Notes: generated from the letters alone by a model not told the origin. A stretch of DNA of 64,000 nt from Nitrosopumilus sp. (GCA_964225175.1 CAXQNK010000105.1:15120-79119), one strand, 5' to 3'. Shown: positions 37,371 through 47,219, counted from the stretch's first letter. A program made the numbers and translations.

Positions 37371-38344
37371 AAGGCCAGCGGGCCGGCGTCTGGCGCCGCA
37401 GGTTCAACGCCATGCGGCTCTGGTTCGACGCGGGCATGGTTGAGTTCGACCCTGAAGCAAGTGAGGTCAAGCGCGTCGACTGGCTGAGGACACTTCCTTT
37501 CGTGCTGGTGCACGTGGCGTGTTTGCTGGTGTTCGTCGTGGGCTGGAGTCCGATAGCGGTTGCAGTCGCTGTGCTGCTGTACGCGGTGCGCATGTTTGCA
37601 ATCACCGGGTTTTATCACCGCTATTTCTCACACCGAAGCTTTAAGACCTCACGCTTCGCGCAATTCCTGTTTGCCGTGCTCGGTGCCGCCTCGGTCCAAC
37701 GCGGTCCCATCTGGTGGGCTGCGCACCATCGGCATCACCATGCTGAAAGTGAGCAGGCCGATGATCCGCACTCACCGGTGCAACATGGGTTCCTCTGGTC
37801 GCACACGGGTTGGTTTTTGTCCCGTTCCCATTTTGGAATCCGGCCCGAACGCGTGGCAGACCTCATGCGTTTCCCTGAACTGAAGCTCCTTGATCGCTTC
37901 GATATCCTCGTGCCGGTTCTGCTCGCCGTGGGCCTGTTGTGGTTGGGGAATTACCTCGAATCAGCGGCGCCGCACCTGGGAACCAGCGGCGGGCAGATGC
38001 TGATCTGGGGGTTTTTCGTATCTACCGTGGTGCTGTACCACGCCACCTTCACCATTAACTCGCTGGCGCATCGCTGGGGCAGACGGCGATATGCGACCTC
38101 CGATGAGAGTCGCAATAACTTCTGGCTCGCACTGCTGACCCTGGGCGAGGGATGGCACAACAACCATCATCATTATCCTGCGTCTGCCCGGCAGGGGTTC
38201 TACTGGTGGGAGATCGACCTGACGTGGTATGGGTTGCGCCTGCTGGCTTTGTTCGGAGTTGTCTGGGACCTGAAACCCGTCCCCAGTTCACGGCGTGACA
38301 GCGGCAAAATTGTCACCGCGGACGCAGAGCGTGCATCCGCATGA
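37364..38344 (+). CDS. membrane acyl-CoA/acyl-lipid (delta-9 type) fatty acid desaturase
   Basis: Three His boxes: HRYFSH, HHRHHH and HNNHHH. Confidence 0.85.
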   Translation: MVKGQRAGVWRRRFNAMRLWFDAGMVEFDPEASEVKRVDWLRTLPFVLVHVACLLVFVVGWSPIAVAVAVLLYAVRMFAITGFYHRYFSHRSFKTSRFAQFLFAVLGAASVQRGPIWWAAHHRHHHAESEQADDPHSPVQHGFLWSHTGWFLSRSHFGIRPERVADLMRFPELKLLDRFDILVPVLLAVGLLWLGNYLESAAPHLGTSGGQMLIWGFFVSTVVLYHATFTINSLAHRWGRRRYATSDESRNNFWLALLTLGEGWHNNHHHYPASARQGFYWWEIDLTWYGLRLLALFGVVWDLKPVPSSRRDSGKIVTADAERASA

Positions 38345-39636
38345 AAATTGCGGTGGTGGGCACAGGCATTGCGGGCAACACGGTCGCTCATCACCTGTCG
38401 AAAAAGCATGAGGTCACGGTCTTCGAGGCCGCGAGCCGAATCGGCGGACATACCAACACGGTTACTGTCGAGCACGCGGGCCGCGATTACGCAGTGGACA
38501 CCGGGTTTATCGTCTACAACGAAAGGACCTACCCACATTTCATTCGCCTGCTGGACAAGCTGGGGGTGGAATGGCAAGACAGCGACATGAGTTTCAGCGT
38601 GCAGGACGCGCGCTCTGGGCTGGAGTACAACGGGACCAGCCTGAACGCCTTGTTTGCCCAGAGAAGAAACCTGCTGCGTCCCAGTTTTCATCGAATGATT
38701 CGCGACATTCTACGTTTTAACAGGGAAGCTTCCACCCTGCTGGCGCCAGGGGCGGCGGAGCCGACCCTGCAGGAATTTCTGGATGAGCGCGCGTATTCAA
38801 GAGCCTTTGTTGATCACTACATCATCCCAATGGGGGCGGCGATCTGGTCAGCAAAGCCCGCAATCATGCGGCATATGCCCGCACGGTTTTTTGCTCGTTT
38901 TTTCCATAACCATGGCATGCTGAGTGTCAATGATCGGCCTGTCTGGCGTGTTATTAAAGGAGGGTCGAAGCAGTACGTCGACCGGTTGGTCCGTGACCAT
39001 CTGGACCGCATTCGAACTCGGGCGCCCGTGCAATCTGTTCAACGCATGCAAGAACACGTCACAGTTCGGGTGGCGGGCGCAGAGCCCGAGCACTTCGATC
39101 ATGTCTTTCTGGCTTGCCACAGTGACCAGGCGCTGGCAATGCTGGCGGACCCCAGCGAACAGGAGACATCGGTGCTGGGTGCAATGACTTACCAGAAAAA
39201 CGAGGCCGTGTTACACACCGATGCCAGCATCATGCCGCGTCGCAGAAGGGCCTGGGCCGCATGGAACTATCACCTGCTGGAGGATTCCCAGGAACGCGTG
39301 GCGGTCACATACAACATGAACATCCTCCAGGGGCTGGATGCGCCTGTGCAGTTCTGCGTAAGCCTCAATAACACCGCGGCGATCAATCCGGAGCGGATCA
39401 TTCAAAGCTTTGATTATGAACACCCGGTGTTCACAGCGCAGGCCGTCGCCGCACAGCAGCGTCATGCCGATATCAATGGCGAGCGAGTCAATGGCTTCAA
39501 GGGCCGCACCTGGTATTGCGGTGCTTATTGGCGTTATGGTTTCCATGAAGACGGGGTGGTGAGCGCCCTGACAGCGCTCGAGAATTTCAACCAGGGGCAG
39601 GCGGATGCAGAGCGCAATCTACGAAGGGCGAGTTAG
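38341..39636 (+). CDS. FAD-dependent amine-oxidase/phytoene-desaturase-like oxidoreductase (UfaD-like candidate)
   Basis: 431 aa with the dinucleotide fold MKIAVVGTGIAGNTVAHHL. It lies immediately upstream of DUF1365 and a CFA-synthase-like gene. Confidence 0.8.
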   Translation: MKIAVVGTGIAGNTVAHHLSKKHEVTVFEAASRIGGHTNTVTVEHAGRDYAVDTGFIVYNERTYPHFIRLLDKLGVEWQDSDMSFSVQDARSGLEYNGTSLNALFAQRRNLLRPSFHRMIRDILRFNREASTLLAPGAAEPTLQEFLDERAYSRAFVDHYIIPMGAAIWSAKPAIMRHMPARFFARFFHNHGMLSVNDRPVWRVIKGGSKQYVDRLVRDHLDRIRTRAPVQSVQRMQEHVTVRVAGAEPEHFDHVFLACHSDQALAMLADPSEQETSVLGAMTYQKNEAVLHTDASIMPRRRRAWAAWNYHLLEDSQERVAVTYNMNILQGLDAPVQFCVSLNNTAAINPERIIQSFDYEHPVFTAQAVAAQQRHADINGERVNGFKGRTWYCGAYWRYGFHEDGVVSALTALENFNQGQADAERNLRRAS

Positions 39637-40378
39637 ACACAGGCGCTCGGTACCCTCGAAGCACGCTTTCGAGTACCGCCTGTTCATGGTTTACCTGGAT
39701 CTCGACGAGCTGGACGAAGTGTTTCAAGGTCGCTGGCTGTGGTCTACCCGTCAATGCACGGTCGCTCGCTTCAAGCGTGAAAACCACCTGGGTGACCCGC
39801 GCCAGCCGCTGAAAGAGGCGGTGCGTGAGCTCGTCGAACAAAGAGAAGGGCAACGTCCCGCCGGCCCCATCCGTTTGCTGACCCACCTCAGCTACTTTGG
39901 ATACTGTTTCAACCCTGTGAGCTTCTATTACTGCTTTTCAAATGACGAGCGACTGGAGTGGATTGTCGCTGAGGTTAATAACACTCCATGGGGTGAGCGG
40001 CATTGTTACGTGATGGATGCGCGCCAGGACCAGCGCGAGGAAGGTCGCATGAGGCATCAGCCGGTCAAAGCCATGCACGTCTCACCGTTCATGCCGATGG
40101 ACGTCGCCTATGACTGGCGATTTTCAACACCCGGAACCTCCCTGAGTGTTCACATGGAAAACCACCAGCCTGGCGGCAAGATTTTTGATGTCACCCTGGC
40201 ATTGGATCGAACGCCTGTCACCGGGCGAACGCTGGCCCGCGTGTTGATGGTTTACCCACTGATGACTTTGCGGGTCATCTGGGGCATCCACTGGCAGGCA
40301 TTCAAGCTTTGGCTTAAACGCGTGCCGGTCTATGATCACCCAGCGAAAGCTGTGACCACGCGAGGAGAGAAACTGTGA
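39605..40378 (+). CDS. DUF1365 family protein (UfaO-like candidate)
   Basis: 257 aa with the typical N-terminus MQSAIYEGRVRHRRSVPSKHAFEYRLFMVYLDLDEL. It overlaps the upstream gene by 32 nt. Confidence 0.75.
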   Translation: MQSAIYEGRVRHRRSVPSKHAFEYRLFMVYLDLDELDEVFQGRWLWSTRQCTVARFKRENHLGDPRQPLKEAVRELVEQREGQRPAGPIRLLTHLSYFGYCFNPVSFYYCFSNDERLEWIVAEVNNTPWGERHCYVMDARQDQREEGRMRHQPVKAMHVSPFMPMDVAYDWRFSTPGTSLSVHMENHQPGGKIFDVTLALDRTPVTGRTLARVLMVYPLMTLRVIWGIHWQAFKLWLKRVPVYDHPAKAVTTRGEKL

Positions 40379-41625
40379 AATCCGTTAGCCTGGCTTCACA
40401 AGAGCATCTTTCAGTGACACCCAAACCCGGCATGCTGGAGTCCCTGGCATGTCGCCTGGTTCTCAGGCAACTTGTTCAGCTGGAACATGGTCGCCTCACC
40501 TTGGTGGACCGTGGCGAGGAGCTTCACTTTGGCCAGGCGGACGAACACGCTGAGCTCAAGGTTCAGCTTACGGTTAAAGATCCTTCGTTTTATGCGGACA
40601 TCGCCTTTGGCGGATCGATCGGCGCAGGAGAGGCTTACATGGCAGGGGCCTGGACCTGCGATGATCTGGTTAGCCTGGTGCGAATGTTGGTTAGAAACCG
40701 CTCCGTCCTCGATGGCATGGAGGGGGGCTCGGCGCGTCTGACCCGCCCACTTCAGAAATTGTTCCACTGGATCAACAGGAACACGCGAGAAGGTGCCCGG
40801 CGAAATATTTCTGCGCACTACGACCTGGGCAATGCGTTTTTTGCCCTTTGGCTGGACGAGTCGATGATGTATTCCTCGGCCATGTTTCCGGAGCCGCAAA
40901 CCAGCCTCGCCCAAGGGCAACTCCACCGGCTTGAAGCCGTGTGCAAGAAGCTCGACCTCAAACCTGATGATCACGTTCTCGAGATTGGAACCGGGTGGGG
41001 CGGGTTCGCGATCCACGCCGCTGCCCGATACGGTTGCCGGATCACAACGACGACCATTTCCCGGGAACAACATGATCTGGCCCGCCAACGCATCAGGGCG
41101 GCAGGGCTCGAGGACCGCATCACCCTGCTGCTGGAGGACTACCGGGATCTCGAGGGTCAATTCGATAAACTGGTCTCCCTCGAGATGATCGAGGCCATTG
41201 GGGCGGATCAGTTCGACACCTATTTTGCTCGCTGCGGCGAGTTGTTGAAGCCTGGCGGTCGCATGCTCATCCAGGCCATTACCATCGCCGATGAACTGTT
41301 TGACGACTATCGCCGCAATGTTGATTTCATTCAGCGATATATTTTCCCCGGAAGTTGTTTGCCCGCACTGTCGGCCATGCTGGATTCGATCAAGCGACGT
41401 TCAAGATTGTTGGTGACCGGTGTCGAGGATATCGGGATTGATTACGCCAGGACCCTGAACATGTGGAGGTCAAATTTCTTCGCTGCCATCGAAGAAGTTC
41501 GCGACCAGGGGTTTTCTGAGGAATTCATTCGCATGTGGGACTTCTATCTCTGTTACTGCGAGGGGGGCTTCCTCGAACGATCCATCAGTGACGTCCACCT
41601 GGTCGCTGAAAAACCGACCTTCTGA
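40375..41625 (+). CDS. cyclopropane-fatty-acyl-phospholipid synthase family methyltransferase (paralogue 2; UfaM-like candidate)
   Basis: 416 aa. Contains HYDLGNAFFALWLDESMMYSSA, the SAM motif VLEIGTGWGGFA, and SLEMIEAIG. Confidence 0.9.
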   Translation: MKSVSLASQEHLSVTPKPGMLESLACRLVLRQLVQLEHGRLTLVDRGEELHFGQADEHAELKVQLTVKDPSFYADIAFGGSIGAGEAYMAGAWTCDDLVSLVRMLVRNRSVLDGMEGGSARLTRPLQKLFHWINRNTREGARRNISAHYDLGNAFFALWLDESMMYSSAMFPEPQTSLAQGQLHRLEAVCKKLDLKPDDHVLEIGTGWGGFAIHAAARYGCRITTTTISREQHDLARQRIRAAGLEDRITLLLEDYRDLEGQFDKLVSLEMIEAIGADQFDTYFARCGELLKPGGRMLIQAITIADELFDDYRRNVDFIQRYIFPGSCLPALSAMLDSIKRRSRLLVTGVEDIGIDYARTLNMWRSNFFAAIEEVRDQGFSEEFIRMWDFYLCYCEGGFLERSISDVHLVAEKPTF

Positions 41626-41628
41626 ACC

Positions 41629-41781
41629 ATGCGCCGGGAAAGTCATCGCAGGGTGCTGCCCTCGAAGGACTGCCCAGTGTGTGGTCTGTCCTTTAATTGG
41701 CGGCGCAAATGGGCGGCCCACTGGGAGTCCGTCCGCTATTGTTCAGAGCGCTGTCGCAGGAATCGCAGGGTTTCGAAATGA
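41629..41781 (+). CDS. DUF2256 zinc-ribbon protein (50 aa; below the ORF-track cutoff)
   Basis: Hand translation gives [50 protein letters not shown]. The C-x2-C ... WRRKW ... YCS-x2-C pattern is typical of DUF2256. Its TGA overlaps the ATG of the next gene (ATGA). Confidence 0.7.
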   Translation: MRRESHRRVLPSKDCPVCGLSFNWRRKWAAHWESVRYCSERCRRNRRVSK

Positions 41782-43325
41782 ATGCACAAGCGTGTCGCTG
41801 CATGCGCTTGGTGCTGGGTGACCAATTGAACCGGGAGCACTCCTGGTTCAGCCATGTGCACAATGACGTGGTTTACGTATTCGCGGAACTGCGCCAGGAG
41901 ACCGATTACGTCCGCCATCATGCACAGAAAGTGGTCGCTTTTTTTGCAGCCATGAAGGCGTTTTCCGATGAGCTTGAATCGGCAGGACACCGCACGCTGT
42001 ATCTCGATCTGGATCACACGCAGGACGATGTCGATCTGCCGGCACTCCTGCAGCGCCTCTTCACCGAGTGGGGTGTCTCCCGCTTTGAGTACCTGCTTCC
42101 CGACGAGTATCGACTTCGGCGTCAATTGGCCGAATTTTCAGAAAAACTGGATATGGACACAGCCGCCCTTGACACTGAGCACTTCCTGCTTCCGTTCGAT
42201 GTTCTCGGTGAGTGGTTCGATGCGGGTAAAAAGACCCGCATGGAGCATTTTTATCGCCGGATGCGCAGACACCTGGACATCCTGATTGATGATCAGGGTC
42301 AACCGGTTGGTGAGCGTTGGAATTTTGATACTGAAAACCGCAAGAAGCTCCCGTCATCACAGTCGATCCCGCCTGTGCTGCGGCTGAACAACCCAACAGA
42401 GCCGATCAGGGCCCGAATTGAGCGGCATGGCATTCAGACCATTGGCAATTTCCAGGATGATCTGCAATGGCCGGTGAATGCCAGCCAGGCGCGTAGGGTG
42501 ATGAACCACTTTATCGAGCACTGCCTCCCCGATTTTGGTCGTTTTCAGGACGCGCTTTCCACGCGAGACCCCTGGCTGTTTCACAGCCGCTTGTCCTTTG
42601 CCCTGAACGCCAAGATTCTCTCTCCGCGTGAGCTCGTGGACAGCGTCATGGCGGCTTGGCAAAGGGACAGGCAACGTTATCCGCTGGCTTCGATCGAGGG
42701 GTTTATTCGCCAGGTCATCGGCTGGCGAGAATTCATGCGTGGTATCTACTGGACCTACATGCCGGGGTACGCCACCCGAAATCACTTGGGGAGCAAGCGC
42801 AAGCTGCCGCGATTCTTCTGGGATGGAAAAACCGATATGGCCTGCATGGCACATGCCATCGGACAATCCCTTGATCATGCCTACGCGCACCACATCCAAC
42901 GTCTCATGGTCACGGGCAATTTCGCCTTGCTTGCGGGGATCGACCCCGACGAGGTGGATGCCTGGTACCTGGGCATTTATATCGATGCGGTGGAGTGGGT
43001 TGAAATGCCTAATACCAGGGGCATGAGCCAGTTCGCCGATGGTGGCGTCATTGCGAGCAAGCCCTATTGCTCCTCGGGGAACTACATCAACAAGATGAGC
43101 GACTATTGCGCACAGTGCAGTTACCGGGTGAAAGATAAAACGGGTCAACAGGCCTGTCCCTTCAACAGCCTATATTGGCACTTCATGATCCGGCACCGGG
43201 ACGAGCTCTCTCGTAACCCGCGTATCGGTATGATCTACCGAAGCTGGGACCGAATGAACGAGGAACACCGGGACGGCGTTCTGAAGACAGCGGAGGCAAT
43301 ACTGGACCAACTCGACGATCTCTGA
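41778..43325 (+). CDS. cryptochrome/photolyase family protein, FeS-BCP / (6-4) photolyase-like (COG3046)
   Basis: Trimmed to [18 protein letters not shown]. It shows family-wide similarity ([23 protein letters not shown]; [10 protein letters not shown]) and a C-terminal Cys cluster ([40 protein letters not shown]) consistent with a [4Fe-4S] site. Confidence 0.85.
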   Translation: MNAQACRCMRLVLGDQLNREHSWFSHVHNDVVYVFAELRQETDYVRHHAQKVVAFFAAMKAFSDELESAGHRTLYLDLDHTQDDVDLPALLQRLFTEWGVSRFEYLLPDEYRLRRQLAEFSEKLDMDTAALDTEHFLLPFDVLGEWFDAGKKTRMEHFYRRMRRHLDILIDDQGQPVGERWNFDTENRKKLPSSQSIPPVLRLNNPTEPIRARIERHGIQTIGNFQDDLQWPVNASQARRVMNHFIEHCLPDFGRFQDALSTRDPWLFHSRLSFALNAKILSPRELVDSVMAAWQRDRQRYPLASIEGFIRQVIGWREFMRGIYWTYMPGYATRNHLGSKRKLPRFFWDGKTDMACMAHAIGQSLDHAYAHHIQRLMVTGNFALLAGIDPDEVDAWYLGIYIDAVEWVEMPNTRGMSQFADGGVIASKPYCSSGNYINKMSDYCAQCSYRVKDKTGQQACPFNSLYWHFMIRHRDELSRNPRIGMIYRSWDRMNEEHRDGVLKTAEAILDQLDDL

Positions 43326-43423
43326 GATCGGGATATCGATGAACACTGTCTCCGCCGTCGGCGCATGGCGGCTCGACTGGCCTTCCATTACACTGGCGCG
43401 AACTCCGAACCCCTGGACCTCCA

Positions 43424-45787
43424 ATGCCGAAACCGTTTCCAAAGCCACTTGCCTGGGTCGTCTGCCTGTTGGCTCTTGCCGCCTGTGAGCCGCAACGGGC
43501 GCCCGCACCGAAATATGCAGAACCAGCGAAGTCCGGCGCATTGCAATGGCCGGTTTGGGTGGCGTCTTATATCGAGGAGCACCTCGCCGCACATCCACAG
43601 TTTGCGGTCATGCAAGGCCGCCATGAGTTTGACGGGCAATTGCCGGACTGGAGCCGAGAGGGCATCGCCCGCGAGATCAGCCGGCTGCACGAGGCGCGGG
43701 CTGCAGCCCTGGCTTTCGAAGACGCTAGCATGACGGCTGAGCAGAGATTTCAGAAACGATACCTGGTCGCATGGATTGATCATGACCTGTTCTGGGCCGA
43801 GAAAGCGCGCTGGCCTTTTCGCAATCCTCAGTTTTACCTTGGTTGGCTCAACGATTCGCTGGACCCAAGCCCCTTCATTACGCTGGATTACGCTCCGAAA
43901 GCGTTGCGATTGCAGGCTTTTACGCGCTATCTGAACAATATCCCACGCGCAGCGGAACAGATTCAGGACAATCTCGAGATGCCCATGCCGCTGACGTGGT
44001 TACAGCTGGGTATCGACGCATTCCAGGGCTATGCCGACTACTTCGAGGCTGATGTGCCCGCGATCTGGAACGACGTAGAGGATCCAAAACTCCAGTCCGA
44101 ATTTGTCCGAGCAAACACTACAGCGGTCGCGGCCATGAGGCAGCTCGCGAGCTGGCTCGAGAGCCATCGATCCACCGCTACCTCGGACTTTGCTCTCGGT
44201 TCGGAGCTTTTCAAACAGATGCTGTGGGACACTGAGCGGGTTGATATCAGCCTGGCCGACCTCGAGGCGATTGGGCGTGCGGACATGCAGCGGAATCTGG
44301 ACGCCTTGCGGGATGCTTGTGGCGCATTTGCCCCCGGGGCCAGCGTGCAAGACTGTTTCCAGCGCATGAGCAGTCGGAAGTCCGATGATGGTCCGGTCAT
44401 GAGCGCTCGACGGCAGCTGGGAGAAATCAGGGAATTCATGGTGAGCGAGGACCTCGTGACCATACCCGGCATCGAGGAGGCGCTTGTCGAGGAGGCTCCG
44501 CCCTATGCCCGCTCAAATTCCGCCTACATTACGATTCCCGGTCCCTGGGAAAAAGATCAGCCCTCGGTGTACTACATCTCGCCCCCCAACCCGGAGTGGC
44601 CTGAAGACGTCCAGGCGGACTACATCCCTGGCGAGGCGGATTTGCTGTTCACTTCCGTTCACGAAGTCTGGCCAGGCCATTTTCTCAATTTTCTGCATGC
44701 CAAACGGTCCCCATGGATTTTCGGGCGCGCGTTCGTGGGTTATGCCTTCGGGGAGGGCTGGGCCCATTACACCGAAGAAATGATGCTCGAGGCCGGCCTC
44801 AGGGGTGCAGATCCGGAAACACGGATAGGGCAGCTGTCCAATGCCCTGCTGCGAAATGCCCGTTTTCTCTCGTCAATAGGCTTGCATACCCAGGGCTGGT
44901 CCGTGGAGGCATCCCAGCGGTTCTTCGTCGAGGAGGCTTACCAGTCAGAAGGCACCGCGATTCAGCAGGCGGCTCGGGGCACTTACGATCCAGGTTATCT
45001 GAATTACACACTTGGCAAGCTGCTGATTCTCCAGTTGCGTGAAGACTGGACGGCCACACGGGGTGGGCGAGATGCATGGAAAGCATTCCATGATCGCTTT
45101 CTTTCGTTTGGCGGGCCGCCGATACCCCTCGTCAGGCAAGCCATGCTGGATGAGCCGGAGCCTGTGGCTCGATTCCCCGGGGCGGTTCGCGACGATCGAC
45201 ATTCCGGTCACCGGCTCAGTTCATGGAGCTGGGATTGTGAAGATGGTCAACGGTTGGTGCTGACCCGTGTCGGCGTCGAGGGCGAGGGCGACCCGCGGGT
45301 GCTGTTCGATTCGCAGGGCGCGCATCAACTCGAACGTGAACCCGTCGCTTCCGGCGTGAAGCACGCCGGTGCCGGACGAGTCTTCTGGAGCAAGGGCAAA
45401 GAGGCCAGCTTTGAAAACCAGGGGCTGAGAACGAGTTGCCGGCTCAATGACTTTGATAGTGAATTCGAAGACGCCAAGCTGCGCGGCGCCGATTTCCGCG
45501 CCCTGGGTGTCGGGTCGGACTGGTCCCTGGAACTGTTCAGTGCGCGGCCCAGCAGGTTGCTCACATCATCTGATGCGCACTGGATTGAGTTTGATGCCGG
45601 CGAGGCTGCGCCCTTGCCGGATGGTTCCGGCAGCGTCTTCAGCGCAAAGCGTGTCGCTCAGACTCTTGTCGTGGAAGTCCGGGCCGGTCCCTGCGAGCAC
45701 GTCTCAAGCGGTCATGAGTTCGAGACAAAGGTGCGCGTGTTGCATGCCGGCAGAGTTTTCGTTGGTTGCGGCAAGGCACTGCATTAA
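43424..45787 (+). CDS. DUF885 family lipoprotein fused to a C-terminal MliC-like domain and a further Cys-containing domain
   Basis: Lipobox (LLALAAC). The DUF885 body carries HEVWPGHFLNF. From about 45180 the sequence reads WDCEDGQRLVL...ASGVKH...VFWSKGKEASF...CR (MliC pattern), then ALGVGSDWSLEL...GPCEHVSSGHEFETKVRVLHAGRVFVGCGKAL. Confidence 0.75.
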   Translation: MPKPFPKPLAWVVCLLALAACEPQRAPAPKYAEPAKSGALQWPVWVASYIEEHLAAHPQFAVMQGRHEFDGQLPDWSREGIAREISRLHEARAAALAFEDASMTAEQRFQKRYLVAWIDHDLFWAEKARWPFRNPQFYLGWLNDSLDPSPFITLDYAPKALRLQAFTRYLNNIPRAAEQIQDNLEMPMPLTWLQLGIDAFQGYADYFEADVPAIWNDVEDPKLQSEFVRANTTAVAAMRQLASWLESHRSTATSDFALGSELFKQMLWDTERVDISLADLEAIGRADMQRNLDALRDACGAFAPGASVQDCFQRMSSRKSDDGPVMSARRQLGEIREFMVSEDLVTIPGIEEALVEEAPPYARSNSAYITIPGPWEKDQPSVYYISPPNPEWPEDVQADYIPGEADLLFTSVHEVWPGHFLNFLHAKRSPWIFGRAFVGYAFGEGWAHYTEEMMLEAGLRGADPETRIGQLSNALLRNARFLSSIGLHTQGWSVEASQRFFVEEAYQSEGTAIQQAARGTYDPGYLNYTLGKLLILQLREDWTATRGGRDAWKAFHDRFLSFGGPPIPLVRQAMLDEPEPVARFPGAVRDDRHSGHRLSSWSWDCEDGQRLVLTRVGVEGEGDPRVLFDSQGAHQLEREPVASGVKHAGAGRVFWSKGKEASFENQGLRTSCRLNDFDSEFEDAKLRGADFRALGVGSDWSLELFSARPSRLLTSSDAHWIEFDAGEAAPLPDGSGSVFSAKRVAQTLVVEVRAGPCEHVSSGHEFETKVRVLHAGRVFVGCGKALH

Positions 45788-45800
45788 AGAGCCCTGAAAG

Positions 45801-47219
45801 ATGAAACTGGAATTTTTTGGAGCCGCTGGCGAAGTCACGGGTTCCTGTCATGTTCTGCGAGTAGGCGAGCGCTCCGTTCTGCTCGATTGTGGCCTGATAC
45901 AGGGCGGTCGCTCGGCTGAGGCCCGAAATCACGACCCTTTCCCCTTCGATGTTGACACCATTGATGCGGTTATTCTTTCGCATGCCCATCTTGATCACAG
46001 CGGTCGTTTGCCCCTGCTGGTTCGTCGGGGTTATCGCGGCCCGATTTATGCGCAGGAGGCGACCTGCGAGCTGCTCGCCATCCTGCTGGCAGATGCAGCG
46101 AAGCTGGAGCAGAGAGATGCCGAATATCTGAGTCAAAAATTTGGGCGGCGCATCAAGCCTTTATTTACGGTTGAACAGGGTGCGCAAGTCATTCGGCAAC
46201 TTGAGCCGCTGAAATACGGCACCAGAACCCCCGTCGCGAACGGCGTGACGATCAGGTATCGAGATGCCGGCCACATCCTGGGTTCCTGCACACTGGAGGC
46301 CTGGCTTACGGAACAACAGATAGAGCGAAAGCTGGTTTTTTCAGGCGACCTTGGTCAGTATGACACGCCGATCCTGAGAGACCCCGAGCCGATTGACAGT
46401 GCCGATGTGGTGATCATGGAATCGACCTATGGGGATCGGCGGCATCGCAACCGGGAAAGCACGATCGAGGAAATTGGCAGCATCATCGCCCAGGCCGGTG
46501 CGGATCGAGGCAATATCCTGATCCCAGCATTCGCAGTCGGTAGAAGCCAGGAACTGCTCTACTTGCTCGGTAAGCACTACGAAGAATGGGGCCTGAACCG
46601 ATTTCGAATCTACCTCGACAGCCCGATGGCGATCGAAACCTCTGAAGTTTACTGGAATTATGCCCAGTTGCATGATGCTGAAGCGGCCAGGCTGGCCCGG
46701 AAAAACGGCGGAATGCCTTTGCTGCCCAACCTGCAGCTGAGTCGTTCGACCGAGGAATCGATCGCCATCAACCGCTTCAAATCAGGCGCTATCATTATCG
46801 CGGGAAGCGGGATGTGCAATGGCGGGCGCATCGTTCATCACCTCAAGAACCATTTGGAACGTGAGGCCCATCATGTTGTCATCGTGGGTTACCAGGCGCG
46901 GGGTTCGCTGGGCAGGCGGCTCGTGGAGGGCGAAGACACCGTTCGCATCCATGGCAAGGACCTGAGGGTTAGAGCGCGGATCCACACCGTTGGCGGCCTG
47001 TCCGCACATGGCGACCAGGACGACCTTGCCAGCTGGTATGAGTGCATGGCTGGGGATCCGCCCGTTTTCCTTGTGCATGGCGAGGAACGGGCACGAGAAA
47101 ATTTTGCCGAGTACCTCCGCCGGCGAAACGAAGCCACGGTCGGTTTGCCATCACCCGGAGACGTACTGGACCTTGAAAGCATGAGTCTCAAGGTGTCCGG
47201 ATCGCCGGGTGAGCCCTGA
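45801..47219 (+). CDS. MBL-fold beta-CASP family RNA-metabolising hydrolase
   Basis: 472 aa. Starts MKLEFFGAAGEVTGSCHVL and carries HAHLDHSGRLP. The beta-CASP and C-terminal regions include GLSAHGDQDDL. Confidence 0.85.
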   Translation: MKLEFFGAAGEVTGSCHVLRVGERSVLLDCGLIQGGRSAEARNHDPFPFDVDTIDAVILSHAHLDHSGRLPLLVRRGYRGPIYAQEATCELLAILLADAAKLEQRDAEYLSQKFGRRIKPLFTVEQGAQVIRQLEPLKYGTRTPVANGVTIRYRDAGHILGSCTLEAWLTEQQIERKLVFSGDLGQYDTPILRDPEPIDSADVVIMESTYGDRRHRNRESTIEEIGSIIAQAGADRGNILIPAFAVGRSQELLYLLGKHYEEWGLNRFRIYLDSPMAIETSEVYWNYAQLHDAEAARLARKNGGMPLLPNLQLSRSTEESIAINRFKSGAIIIAGSGMCNGGRIVHHLKNHLEREAHHVVIVGYQARGSLGRRLVEGEDTVRIHGKDLRVRARIHTVGGLSAHGDQDDLASWYECMAGDPPVFLVHGEERARENFAEYLRRRNEATVGLPSPGDVLDLESMSLKVSGSPGEP

